64,000 nucleotides of DNA, from the NCBI RefSeq assembly GCF_009914755.1, contig NC_060926.1; one strand, given 5' to 3'. The stretch is from the human T2T-CHM13v2.0 reference genome, Homo sapiens. The notes beneath the pieces were generated by a model. That model did not search any database. It had not been told where the DNA came from and was given only the letters and a program-made list of their open reading frames with translations. The position numbers were made by a program, and so were the translations under genes. Positions 41,280-53,134 of the stretch are shown piece by piece (the first letter of the stretch is position 1; the number at the start of each line of letters is the position of its first letter).

Positions 41280-44044
41280 AACCTGTCCATTTTAATCCAT
41301 TTTAATTTTTCATGAATGAGACCATAGTACATATACTCTGTGGTTGCACTTTCTCACTTGATGGTATGTCACAAGACAATATAGATTACAGTATCATTTT
41401 AATGATTGCATTTTTAATGACCTGTGCATTGCTTCTGATTTTTTCTTGATCATGATTATGCCAAAGCTAACTCTGTGTACTTATCTAAATACGGCCTAAG
41501 GACAAATTCTTAGAATCAGAGTCAAAATGTGTGCACATTTAGGCATATCGTCAATCCTGCCACAGTAAATCGGGGGCCCATTTCTGCATGCGCTTGCTAA
41601 CACTAATTCCCACCAAATCTTTTCTGCCTTTGCTAACTTTTGGTGATGAAGGCATCGCCTAAGACCATCCACCATCTCTTTCAGCGCGGTGCTCCTGGAT
41701 GGTAGCTTTATGTCTCTGGTCTCTGGCATGCGGTGGGTGTCTGCTGAATGAAGGAGGTAGTCTTCTTCCCTATCTTTTCTCTCTGTAGTTAATTCAGATC
41801 ACTGAAGCTAATTCTTCAGCCATTTAATAAAAGTGTATTGAGTTTCCCCACAATAGATGCTGTAGAAGGGATTATTGCTGCTGTAAAGTTTGTTCTCTGT
41901 TACCGTACCCAGCAGGATTTCCATCCACAATAAAACTGGTGCAATTGAAGGAAAAGGAGGGCTTTCGGTTTAAATGAGGGACTGTCAAAGATAGCAATAT
42001 TTGAGAAGAACATGTAAACAAGTGGTTCTTAAGGAGATAAACAAAAAGACAAAAAGAGCCGAATTTGTCTTGTTCTTCTGAAAAATAAAGGACCTATTTT
42101 TGAGGAAAGATAGTGGTGAAAGGCAGGAGTATTCATATTCTGCCAAAATCATAGCTCTCTGCTCTGAGAAATGATGGATTTTAATTCCAGGTACACAGCG
42201 GCCCTTGACAATGATTTCCATTTCTATATTGGCACTAGCCCTCTGGATAAATGTGTCAAGAGTTTTAGGAATTAGTTTCTGAGTTACCGATGCAATAACT
42301 TTTGTCTGAAATTCTCTGGCCTCCCATAGTTTACTGCTGCAACTTTAATAACTTTCAGAGCAGTTGCCAAACATGTATTTTATATCCAGGGAAGTTGGGA
42401 CTAGAAAAGGGCAAGCTTATATCTAGGGTCAGATTTGTTTAAGAGAACGCCAAAAACCCAGTGAAAAACAAATCTAAACTCTCTTCTTGGTCTGCCTCCA
42501 TTTTCTTTGCTTACACCTAAGTGGTCACAGAATGAGCCTATTAGGGTCCTGCTTTTGTCCCTTCGGCTGGTGGCAATTCTACTTAGGCTTGCAGAAGGGA
42601 AGGTTATGTTCTGACCTAGAGCCTCCTGGAGACAAACGTACAGCTGGTTCCATGTGTTGGGGATTTGTGACTGTCTTATCACTGGCGCTTCCATCAATCA
42701 ATGTGACAGTGTGGGGTGTCCATCTGGACTTTAGGAAGTCAGGGGACTGTATGGACAGCTTGTCACAATCCATTATCTTCCCTGTGTCTCTCTGGAGCTC
42801 TCCGGTTCCAGTTCTGGCTCTGCCCCTCATTTGCCTGATGACTTTGAATAAGGCACTTCTCTCCAAAAATGCCTGAAATGTTGGATGTTTTCTGATCAAT
42901 TGTATTCTGCCTCCAACTTTGCATGAATTTTTTGAGAAAAACACGGACCAGCCATTTTTGCAGAGTGCCTATATTATAATGAGTATGTTAGAGTCCATCA
43001 AAAAAGGCAGGAGGGTTGGCTTGTGAATATCAAGGTCCATTTCTGACCTACAGGCTAGAAGAGATATGTAGAAAAGCCACTGAATTGGGAGCTGAGTCCT
43101 GGATTCCGGTCGTGGATTTGCGTGGGCTTGGGCAAGTCCCTGCACCTCTTTGGGTTTTAGTTTCCTCATTAGCAAAATGCAGGCATTGAATTAAAAGTTC
43201 CCTAAGGGCCCTTATTGATCTGATATCTATACTTCCCTAGCTGATTGCAGGAGTCCTAGTAACAAAACATTTTATGAAAGCCCTGAAATCTCCAATGGAC
43301 AAATAATATCCCACAGAGGTGGGAGGAGAATGATTAATCACAGAATCGCAGATTTATTTCTGCAAAAAGACTCAGTTTCACCCTCCTTGGAGAAGTGAAG
43401 TCTTGCTCAAGGTCACACATTGAGTTACCTGCAGACTTAGGATTAAAATAAAGCATATTATTGCTCCAAGACTGCAAGCACAAGAGGCAATGCAACCTAT
43501 GGATCAGTCTATACAGTCAATTGCATTTCATTTCCCTAAAATCTCAGGGACAGAGAAGAATATGTCTACTTAGCATTGCTGGAGGCATCATCAATTTGGG
43601 TTATCAGGATAGACACACTGGCCAGATAGTGAAATACTTTGTCAGAAAAATCTACAAAAAAATCACAAGAAGCTCTGACATGGAAACAAAAAGAATTTCT
43701 AAGCCTCCCACAGCTCCCTACCAGCTTAGCTCTATATGTTTAAAGAAAACTGTCTGGCACATCTGATACAAGGCAAGCCGCTGATGAGATTGAAAGGTTG
43801 GCAGCTGTGACTCAGGAGGGCAAAGGCACCAAGTTATTTTAAGCCCAGAATGAAGGGACACTTTATGACAACACGTGAGGACCATGAGTGGCAGTTGACA
43901 AGACAGGGAACATCATACTTTGCTTCTGTGCAATATCCCAGTGGGCATCATGTTGACATAGGGCTGGCTTCCTTAAGTGTGCCCTCAAACCCACCCTACA
44001 TACTTTTCAAAGGAATGCCTTTCTGAGATGGTTTTAGCTGCTGC

Positions 44045-44270
44045 AGTGTAGCAAGGCAAGGCCTAGATTCAGCTCTCAGCTCCACCATCCACCACCCTAA
44101 GCTACGACCTTAGGCAAATGATTTAATTCCTCTGAGCTCCAGTTTCCCTATTTTTAAGATGGAGGTCATAATGCCTAACTTGCTGGATTGTTGTAAGGAT
44201 TTTTGAGAAGGATGCATGCAGAGTAATAATTCTTAGCACACGGTAGGAGCTCCATAAGCGGAGCTATTCC
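44045..44270 (+). mobile_element. MIR
   Basis: gaccttaggcaaatgatttaattcctctgagctccagtttccc...ttgttgtaaggatt...cttagcacacggtagg. Confidence 0.8.
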
Positions 44271-44649
44271 TATGGAAACCACTGCTTTCTTCATGGAATG
44301 ACACTGGTCCTTGCAAATATCTGCATCTCAATTCATTTATGAGCGTCAAAGGAGAAAGGAATATAGTAAAAGAGGGTGAGAAAGGTATTGCAATTTATGA
44401 GTAGCAGCCATCACGTTTGTTTAAATAAAGAAAAACTTGGTTAAATGCATCTTTATACGTTAAATACAACCCCAAGAAATTATGTTAGAACATCCCTACA
44501 AGATGTATTAGGATTTGACTATGATAGCAGATCACCACTCCTCTCAGAATCCTCCAAAGGCCTCCATCTCACTTAGAGTAAAAGCTTCTTCTTTACCTTT
44601 GCATCTTCCTGTAGGACATGAAAAGATGCCTGGTGTCTAGTTCTTGGTT

Positions 44650-45210
44650 AGCATTTGTTGAGTCGCATTCCATTTCTCAGATATTTACTGGTGCATTGTT
44701 GCACACTAGCTAAAGTATTGGATGCTCTAGGGATGCGAAGTGTTTAGGATGTAGCCTTGTTCTCAAGGAGCTTACAGACTGGTGAGAAAGAATAAACATA
44801 GGTACCAAGATTTTTAGTGAATGGTAGCATACGAGAGGTGAGTGAGAGGTGTAGGCACCATATGCTATTAAAGCCGAGGCCAAAGTGATGTCTCCAAATG
44901 GATGGTCAGGATAGGAGTATCTTGAGGACGGGTTGTGAAGAGGGGTCAGGAATTAGGAAAAGGGCAATGCAGAAATGCAGAAAGAGAGACTGGCATGAGC
45001 ACATGAGCAGAGGCCACATAGACAGTGTGTGTTTGGAGAACAGGTGGTCCAATCTTGCAGGTGCCAATGTTTTTCATTGGCCTCTACAGGAAGGATGACT
45101 TCTGTGTCTTGCCTTCCCACCTCCTTAATGCCAGAATGGTGGATCATTCATCACATGTCTCCAATGCCTTATACATCGTAGACACTCAAAAAATATTTGT
45201 TGACTGAGAG
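44650..45210. mobile_element. L2 fragments
   Basis: atatttactggtgcattg...tctcaaggagcttacagactggt...; gacactcaaaaaatatttgttgactga L2 3'-end motif. Confidence 0.6.
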
Positions 45211-46886
45211 GACAAATGAACATATTTCTGTTAAATCAGACGAGTTTCTGACACTCTTGGTCAAAATTTATATTGCAGTGGAGCTGAGTTAATCCAAACG
45301 TTCGTGTCAATTCATGAACACTAGCTGTCATCTATTCACATGATAATGACGCCTTCCCTGTTAGGAGAAATGCAAAGACTGGGGAACTTTGGCGGTTGCA
45401 TTATTACTGCATAGCTCATCACATAACTCTTGGCCTCCATTTGCCAAGAGCGAATCAGAAGGAACCGGAGAATTATGTAATTGAGACCTGGAGGATACCT
45501 GAGTTCTCAACTATGACAGTTACCATCTGTTGCATAAATGTTCTCTCCAATGCAGGTCAGGCTTGGACCAAGTCAATATGAATACTACCTACAGCAGCAT
45601 TAATAATATGACCAACAAGAGTTAAAACTTATTAAAGGTCTACTATATGCGCTGCTTATAACTGAGTTTAAAATGCAGGTTGGCATGCCTCTATAATCTT
45701 TAGAACACCATTTTATTCTGCCATTTAAGCTCCCTGAGGTTAGAAACTGTTTTTCCGAGGCTTTATTCCTATTTCTGGCTCTGATGAACATGGCTGGGGA
45801 CCTGAAGCTACAAGATGTGGCTATCCTCATGTCCTGTGCTGGTCATGAGCGCCAAGTCATTCGGATGGTGACTGAGCTCCTAGCTGGGATGGCCAAACTC
45901 ACGGGTGAGATCGACAATGACAAAAGCCACATAAATTAGATAACCAGCCAAGTCCCTGTCACATAGAACACAGTCACGTGGTGATGATTATTATCAAGCA
46001 TAACACTGTCAGGACTCAAGCCACACTGCTGGCATTCCTCCACATGTGTCTTTGCTAAGAATCTCTCTTGACAAGTGTCTGGACGAGGTGTGAAGGTGTA
46101 AAGATTTGTTAGAAACAAAGAACTGAGCCTGTGGGAGTTTGTCTGGATCAATACAGAAAGAAAGAGAAAAAAAAAAAAACATTTGAACCTCTCTCTCTAA
46201 TCTTATCCTACAGGGAAAAAAAACACACAACTTTCAAATTTTCCTTAAAATATACTTTGTAGTAATTCTGTAGCAAATATAAACCATTCAGCACAATTTT
46301 TTACTGTTTCCATTAAATCAGCCTGCATTTAAAGCATTTTTATGGGAGATAGCAGGGGAAAAATGCTAGATCAATGTAAATTTTAGTGTGAGGTCCTTTG
46401 TTGCTTATTAATTTTCTGTAATAATAATTACACATGGCGTGTGGCATGGAGTCTTTTATCCAAGTAGCCTTGGCTTTATTATTCACTTGCCCTTCATACT
46501 TTCCCACAAGTTAGATGAATGTGCTCTGAAGAGGATCAGCTGTGAAAGGAAGAGGTTTCAGGTCGAAAGGGGATCTGGCTTCCAATGGCCCAGCGTGGAG
46601 AAGAGCTGCTCTGAGGCTAAGGGGGCTCCAGGCTCTGTAGGGGGGGCCAAGGCAGGGCTGGGTTCCCTGGGGCTGCAGGCCTGCTTGTTGAGACCTTAGC
46701 ATTGTCAGCTGTAAAGCAGTTTTCATTTCATCAGAGATGTTATGTGGGTGACGGGGATCTGGAAGGTAGGCTGGCCTTCCTGGGGTAGAGGCATAGAAGA
46801 TGTTCCAAACTGCATTTCCTTAATTATTTTCTCATGTTTCGGAACAAAGACAACATAAATGGTCCTGAGCTCCTTTTCCTAGCCTC

Positions 46887-47195
46887 TTTTTTGTGGGGGG
46901 GGGGGTGGTGGTGTGGAGTGTCACTCTGTCACCCAGGCTGGAGTGCAGTGGCACGATCTTGGCTCACTGCAACGTCCGCCTCCTGGCTCAAGCGATTCTC
47001 ATGCCTCAACCTCCCAAGTAGCTGGGATTATAGGTGTGCGCCATCATGCCCAGCTAATTTTTGTATTTTTAGTCAAGATGGGGTTTCCCTGTGTTGGCCA
47101 GGTTGGTCTTAAACTCCTGACCTCAGGTGATCCGCCCACCTTGGCCTCCCAAAGTCCCTCCTTTGGGGTTACAGCCATGAGCCACCGCACCGGCC
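46887..47195 (-). mobile_element. AluS with G-rich replaced tail
   Basis: TSD tcctagc(c/t)tctttt (46877-46890, 47196-47209); G11 run in tail position. Confidence 0.95.
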
Positions 47196-47349
47196 TCCTA
47201 GCTTCTTTTGAGCTTCTTCTAACTTCCCCTTTTTTTCTCTCCTCCCTTGTTCCCTCCCTCCCTGTCTCCCTCCTCTCTTTCTTGCTTCTATTCCTCCCTC
47301 ACTTTTCCTTTCCTTCTTTCAAGAGAAATATAATAATTAAGCAGCCAGA

Positions 47350-47620
47350 CTTTTATTGGCTGTGTGACCTCAGGCCCCTGGACCTCCTGCTCTCATCACT
47401 TGAGTTCCACACCTACTGAGAGTTTTATAGTCTCACTTCTGCCTTTTATTGGCTGTGTGACCTTAGGCCAGCTACCTAACCTAACCTCTCTGTGCCTGAA
47501 TTTTGTAATTAAGAAGTGGGAATACTAATTGACTCATAAAGGGGTATTGTGAAGATCACATGGGTTGAGATATGTGGGCATGTAGTTTGCACTCAATAAG
47601 CATTAGCGGATGCTGTTGTT
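47350..47620 (+). mobile_element. MIR with internal ~26-bp duplicated segment
   Basis: ttttattggctgtgtgacct(c/t)aggcc at 47351 and 47444; ttgtgaagatcac...actcaataagcattagc. Confidence 0.7.
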
Positions 47621-48440
47621 ATTATTATGCTAGTGTTTCTTTTCTCTCCTAAATCCAGTGTGGCTGATGATCTTATAAGAAGGTGAAATAAGAGATTGAC
47701 TGTGTGGTGGGATTTGGGGGTTTTGGAGAAGAGCCTCCCATTCCAGACATAAAGGTTTCAGGACTCCTTCCATTAAATATGAAAATCTTATTTAATTTTC
47801 CTAACAAATGCATGAAACATATCATCATCCTCATTTTATAAGAGAGAAATTTGAGGCTTAGAGAGCTGACACAGCTGGTTCATGTAGTAAGTACTAGGAG
47901 GCAACGTGAACCCAAGACTATCTTCAAAACTCTGGCACTTCCTACTATAATGCACATAGGTTTAGATGTATGCCAAATGCAAGTAACTCATTTTTTAGAA
48001 GAGCTTTTGGTGGGTCAGAGGTGGGTTGTGCTTGAAGAACAGCATACTAGCAAAGGGTGCATCCTGTAGATATTTTGGCCCCTTTCATTGTTGCCTCAGG
48101 CTACCTTATTCCTTTTCTACTCGACCTCTGCATCTTCAGAATCTGGACTGGAATATGCAGGCTTGTGGGGGGCTGATGTCCACCCTGGCCCTGGCTGAGC
48201 ATTTTTTCTTCATTCTGTGTACCAGGCCAGAAGGTAGGAGACGAAGAGTCTACCTCTACAGACTTAGCCTCTAAATCATTGCAATCGGGATGGGGAGGAG
48301 TAGGAGTAGACTGATCATAACCACAGTTGTAAGAAAAACATAGTAGTAGAAATGTTCTTAACTGGACTTCGTGTGACTAATTTGCTTGCTGGATTAGCAC
48401 AAGCTCTACATTTTACATGCCGTGAAATACCCTGTGCCCT

Positions 48441-48699
48441 CTGAATGTTCAAGGTTGCTGACTGGTCAAGGTTACTGAGTGTTAAAGGTCAGTGAATGTT
48501 CAATGTTACTGAGGTTCAATGTTCAAGGTTACTGAGTATTTAAGGTTACTGTGTTTAAGATCACTCAAAGTTCAAGGTCACTGAATGTTCAAGGTCACTG
48601 AATGCTCAAGGTCACTGAGTGTTCAAGGTCACTGAATGTTCAAGGTCACTGAATGCCCAAGGTTACTAAGTGTTCAAGGTTACTGAGTGCTCAAGGTTA
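48441..48699 (+). repeat. 17-bp minisatellite, ~15 units, consensus CTGA(A/G)TGTTCAAGGT(C/T)A
   Basis: Units start at 48441, 48458, 48475, 48492, 48509 (irregular), 48532, 48549 (15 bp), 48564, 48581, 48598, 48615, 48632, 48649, 48666, 48683. Confidence 0.95.
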
Positions 48700-48773
48700 T
48701 TCTTTAGTACCCCTAGACCCCCTACTCCCATCATTTGAGTTCCACACCCACTGAGAGTCAGTTATGCTTATTC

Positions 48774-49376
48774 TGTCAGACTCGGAACATGATACCCAAA
48801 AGTATGGCCCCTTGGCATGCTGAGTCCTTTGAATTGAAGGACCTTGGAAGGGCCTCAGAAGCAAGTTCTGTCTGACCTTCTCTTCCCCTCCTGTCTCTCG
48901 CCCCTCTTTCTCCCTTGAAGTGAGTTGTAGAAACCAGAAGTCCTCTTCCCCAAAATCAGTCATAGGAACTAGCACCCCTCTCCCCTGGAGCAAGCCATAA
49001 AACTAGAATGGTTATTCTCTCCCTGCTGCCTTGAAGACCTTCATTCCATAGGGGTCCTGCTCCACACCCAGGAGGAAGAAATGTTAGACAGGGAGGCCAA
49101 GGAGAATCTGAACCCACAGGCTTGCTAGGTTTCCCCCTCAGTCCGTCACCACTGGATCATCCCCTTTCTGTCCCATCCCCTTCTGCAATGGCTCACTCTT
49201 CATCAAACCAAACAAAGACATTGGGTCTTCATTTCTGAAGGCTCCCAAGTAACGTAAAACTTTAATTAAACAAATTTGTTTTGCTTTCCTCTTGCTTTCC
49301 TGTCTTTTGTCCTAGGAGTGTCCAGAGTGACCCTTGTGATGGGTAAGGAAAAGTGACACATCTTTCTGCCCCTACA
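48774..49376 (+). mobile_element. ERV1 solo LTR (MER39/MER34-related group)
   Basis: TG...gatacccaaaagtatggc...cttcattccataggggtcctgc...ggccaaggagaatctgaa...gggtcttcatttctgaaggctccc...gcccctACA. Confidence 0.75.
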
Positions 49377-51075
49377 GTTTCTAAAACAGTTTATGCCAGC
49401 TGTACTCATTAAGTGGATGAAATAGGCAGGAGAACATTTGAATACTTTGGAAAGACTGGTAGCTGGTGAGTCACCACAAATAATTACTGTTGAATTAGGT
49501 GTGAATGGGGCAACAGAAAGATCAGGAAACAAATCTTAAAAACCCGGAAAGTCTCCAGAGAGCCTTCAGATTACTTCACAAGTATTTAAAAATTATTTCC
49601 ATTTTAAGGAAATGGATACTGAACATCATGGATGAGGTGTTATGAATGTAATTTATGAGAAAGACAATGAGGAACTCTAATCAACAGACCACACCACACT
49701 AATTTGGCCCTACATCAAGCACTGGTGGATTAACATGCATTTAGAAGTTGCAAATTAAAATAAAATATATAAGGATCTAAGTTGATTCCCAAACAACAAT
49801 TGGTCCCAGTAGTATTGTCTAAGAGGGATTCTTCTTTGCTCTGGTTTGTATAAAAAATATATAGAAGATGCATCAGTGGTTTTTTTCTTCTTTTTAAAGG
49901 AAAAAACACTGATTATCCAGACCAGAAAAAAAAAAAGAAAGAAAGAAAGAAAAAAATCAAGCAAGAGAAGACTTCTAATCAAGAGTAGTGACCCTGAGAA
50001 TCCTGAATTTCCTCTTTCTGTTTCTCTAAATTTTGGATTAGGTCCCATGCAAGCCACCTCCTCCTCCAGCATCTGCTGAGCATCCCTCACCAGGGAGCTG
50101 TGGGGAGGGACCCAGCTGAATTCTGGGCAGGGGAAGTGAGAGGGGAGAGAGTGTGGATGGTGCTGGCATTCCAGGAATCACTTAGAATTAGAGAAGAGAC
50201 CACAGGAGGGGATTCCAGTGGGGGTTTTCCACTCCACAAACTTGCCAGACAATCTTTCTGGCAGGGTGGGTGGTAGATTTTCTGTGATTAGAGTCCCAGG
50301 TGATCATTTTGCCTTTCTAACTCTTTCTGTAAGGAGATGTGGGCACATCACCCACCAGCAGCCAGTGGGAATCTGGAATTTGGTTTCCTAACTCTCTCTT
50401 TCTTCCAATAACTTTTTAGCACCATCTGTTCTTTTCAAATACAATCTTTTCTTTCAAGCCAAGTCAATGCAGTAGGTTTTTTTTTTTTCTTCAATACATC
50501 ATCCCCATGGAGAAGGATAAAGACAACATTGAAACTGAAATGTGGCCGTTTCTGTGGGATCCCTCCTTCAGTCCAGTCTGCCTCCAGCTTGAGGCCTGAG
50601 TCTTGAGCAGGGCTGGAGTTGGGGCATTCATCCAGGGCCCCCACTTCAGAGCTCCCGGGATTTCCCAGTCCTAGAAGCATCCTCCCTGCCCATGCTCAAA
50701 TGATTCCAGCAGCCCATCCTGTTCCCTAGAGAGGCAGCCTAAATACCACTTAATGCCTGCATGTATTGATTGGTTCAAATGCGAATGCAAGCCTCTGAGC
50801 CAAGCAAAATGCTGACACCCAAGCCCAAAGGCTCCATTTCAGCCATAAATCTCTGGCCAAGTCAAGCCACTGTGCTGAAACTTTATACAGTAGGGTGAAA
50901 CTTGCCATAAACTGTGGTCCTGTAAGCAAATTCTGGGGCTGGGATAAGTGGTCAGCCAGAAAAGCCTGGAGGAGCCTGGTGAGGTGGGGTAAGAATAGCT
51001 CACAGACTTGTATCTGCTAGAGAGGGTCCCCCACCCACACCTTGCTATGCCCTGCCCCTTCACTGGGGTGGTCAT

Positions 51076-51699
51076 GGTTGGAACTCAGAACATGACCCCA
51101 AGGTATGGCACCTTAGCATGATGGGGACTTTAAACTGAAGGACATTGGAGGGTCTTCAGAAGCAAGTTCTCTCTGACCCTCTCCTGCCTTTCTATCCCCT
51201 GCTCCCCTTTCTCCCCCAAGGCAAGCCATAGAAATGAGAATTGTTGCTCTAACCTTCCCCCTGCCTTTCTGTATAGAGCTGTCCATAACGGAATTCTCTG
51301 AACTACCTTGTTGGATAGCAGATCTTAAGACCCTAGTTCCAGAGGGTCCTGCCCTGTACCAGGGAGGAGTGAGGAAGGAGTGCTAGACAAGAGACCAAGA
51401 AGAATCCAACAGCCAGGACTTTTTGGGGTCCCCCTTCAGTCTATTAGCCTTAGCTCATACCCTTTTGCCTAATCATATTTCTACACAGCTATCTGTTCTT
51501 CATTGAACCTAAGCATAAAAACAGAAAATTTCCCCTGGGTCTTTGGGTTTTCATTTCTGAAGCCTCCCATGTCATGGAAAACTTTGACTAAATACGTTTG
51601 TTTTGCTTTTTCTCTCGTTAACCTGTTTTTTGTTATAGGTGTGTCAGCTGTGGTTGTTGTGATGAGTGAGGAGAGGGATCACACCTTTCCACCTCCACA
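51076..51699 (+). mobile_element. Second ERV1 solo LTR of the same group
   Basis: Shares cagaagcaagttct(g/c)tctgacc, gcaagccata, agaatc...acag, tcatttctgaag and the terminal block with 48774-49376. Confidence 0.75.
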
Positions 51700-51999
51700 C
51701 TAGGAATGGGAAGGTAATTGTCAGAGGCTTTGATGGATGGTGCTCTGAGCCCTCTTGGTACAAAAAAGGCTCACAAGCCCTCCCGTGCTGCTTATACTCC
51801 ATGGTGGCAAGTATCCTGGATAATAACGCTGTTGCAGGCTTGATAGATGTTAAGAGGGGTCTGAGCCTTGGAAATCACTGTGTCTAATCCTCTAATATGG
51901 CAGAGAAGAACTGAGACCCAAGGACACATCCACCTTCAGCCCGAGGAGGGGTCCATTCTACACCCCGTGTCAGGAATAATCTCTTTAAAACTCAAACAT

Positions 52000-52310
52000 G
52001 GCCGGGTGCAGTGGCTCATGCCTGTAATCCCAGCACTTTAGGAGGCCGAGGTGGGCCGATCACGAAGTCAGGAGTTCGAGACCAGCCTGACCAACATGGT
52101 GAAACCCTGTCTCTACTAAAAATACAAAAATCAGCTGGACATGGTGGCGTGTGCCTGTAATCCCAGCTACTCTGGAGGCTGAGGCAGGAGAATCGCTTGA
52201 ACCCAGGAGGCTGAGAGTTACAGTGAGCTGAGATTGTGCTACTGTACTCCAGCCTAGATGACAGAGCGAGACTCCATCTCAAAAACAAAAACAAAAACAA
52301 ACAAAAAAAA
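52000..52310 (+). mobile_element. AluS
   Basis: GGCCGGGTGCAGTGGCTCA...; (CAAAAA)n tail; TSD ctcaaacat. Confidence 0.97.
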
Positions 52311-52678
52311 CCCTCAAACATGACCACAGTTCTCCAATGGCCTCGGGACCTGCCTCTGGCTCCCTGCACATACCAGGGCTCCTTCATCCTCCACATTTTG
52401 CTCATGATGTTCTCTGTACCCAGAGGCCCTTTGTTACTATGGTTTTTTTTTTTTTTTTTTTTTTTTTGCTACTTGGCTACTCCTCATTGATCAAGGCTCA
52501 TCTTGGTGTTTTTCAGGAATACACCTCCCAGGTTGGACCAGGCAACTGGTATAGGGGACAAGGGCAAGGAGTGCCAAACCCTGTCTGAGAAGTTTTTGGA
52601 AAAGCTTTTTGGAGAAGGTGGCATGTGCCACTATTGGCTGGCTTCCTTCAGTCCTAGTAGGGTGGGCAGGAAAGGCAG

Positions 52679-53134
52679 TATCATTGTTTGAATTGTGACT
52701 CACTCAAAAAGGTATGTTTAAGTCTTAACCCCCCATGCCTCAGAATGTGACTTTATGTGATAACAGGATCTTTATAAAGGTAATCAAGTTAAAATTAGAT
52801 CATTAGGGTGGGCACCCATCCAATATGACTATATTCTTATAAAACAGAGGGGAATTTGGACACAGAGACAGATACACACACAGGGAGAATGCCGTGTGAA
52901 TATGAAGGCAGGGATTAGGGTGATGTATACCAAGGAATGCCAAAGATTGCCAGAAAACCACTAGAAGCACAGTGGCATGGAAGAGATTCTTCCTCACAGG
53001 CCTCAGAAGGAACCAACCCTGCTGACACCTTGATCTTGGACTTCTAGCCTCCAGAACTGTGAGACAATGAAGTTCTGTTATTTAAGCCACCAGTTTCTGG
53101 TACTTTGTTATGGCAGTCCTTGCAAACTAATACA
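52679..53134 (+). mobile_element. MLT1B/C-type MaLR LTR
   Basis: ttgaattgtg...cctcagaatgtgac...gaaggaaccaaccctgctgacaccttgatcttggacttctagcctccagaactgtgag...aaactaataca. Confidence 0.88.

Noticed and set aside
46913-47419. Longest ORF (168 aa) and similar ORFs at 10252, 30924, 34376, 35674, 36022, 38921, 52016, 56275, 59639, 62285, 63705
   Set aside because: Standard Alu translations (e.g. [22 protein letters not shown]); not genes.
48441-48699. Minisatellite considered as a CRISPR-like array
   Set aside because: Head-to-tail 17-bp units with no unique spacers, eukaryotic context and no cas genes.
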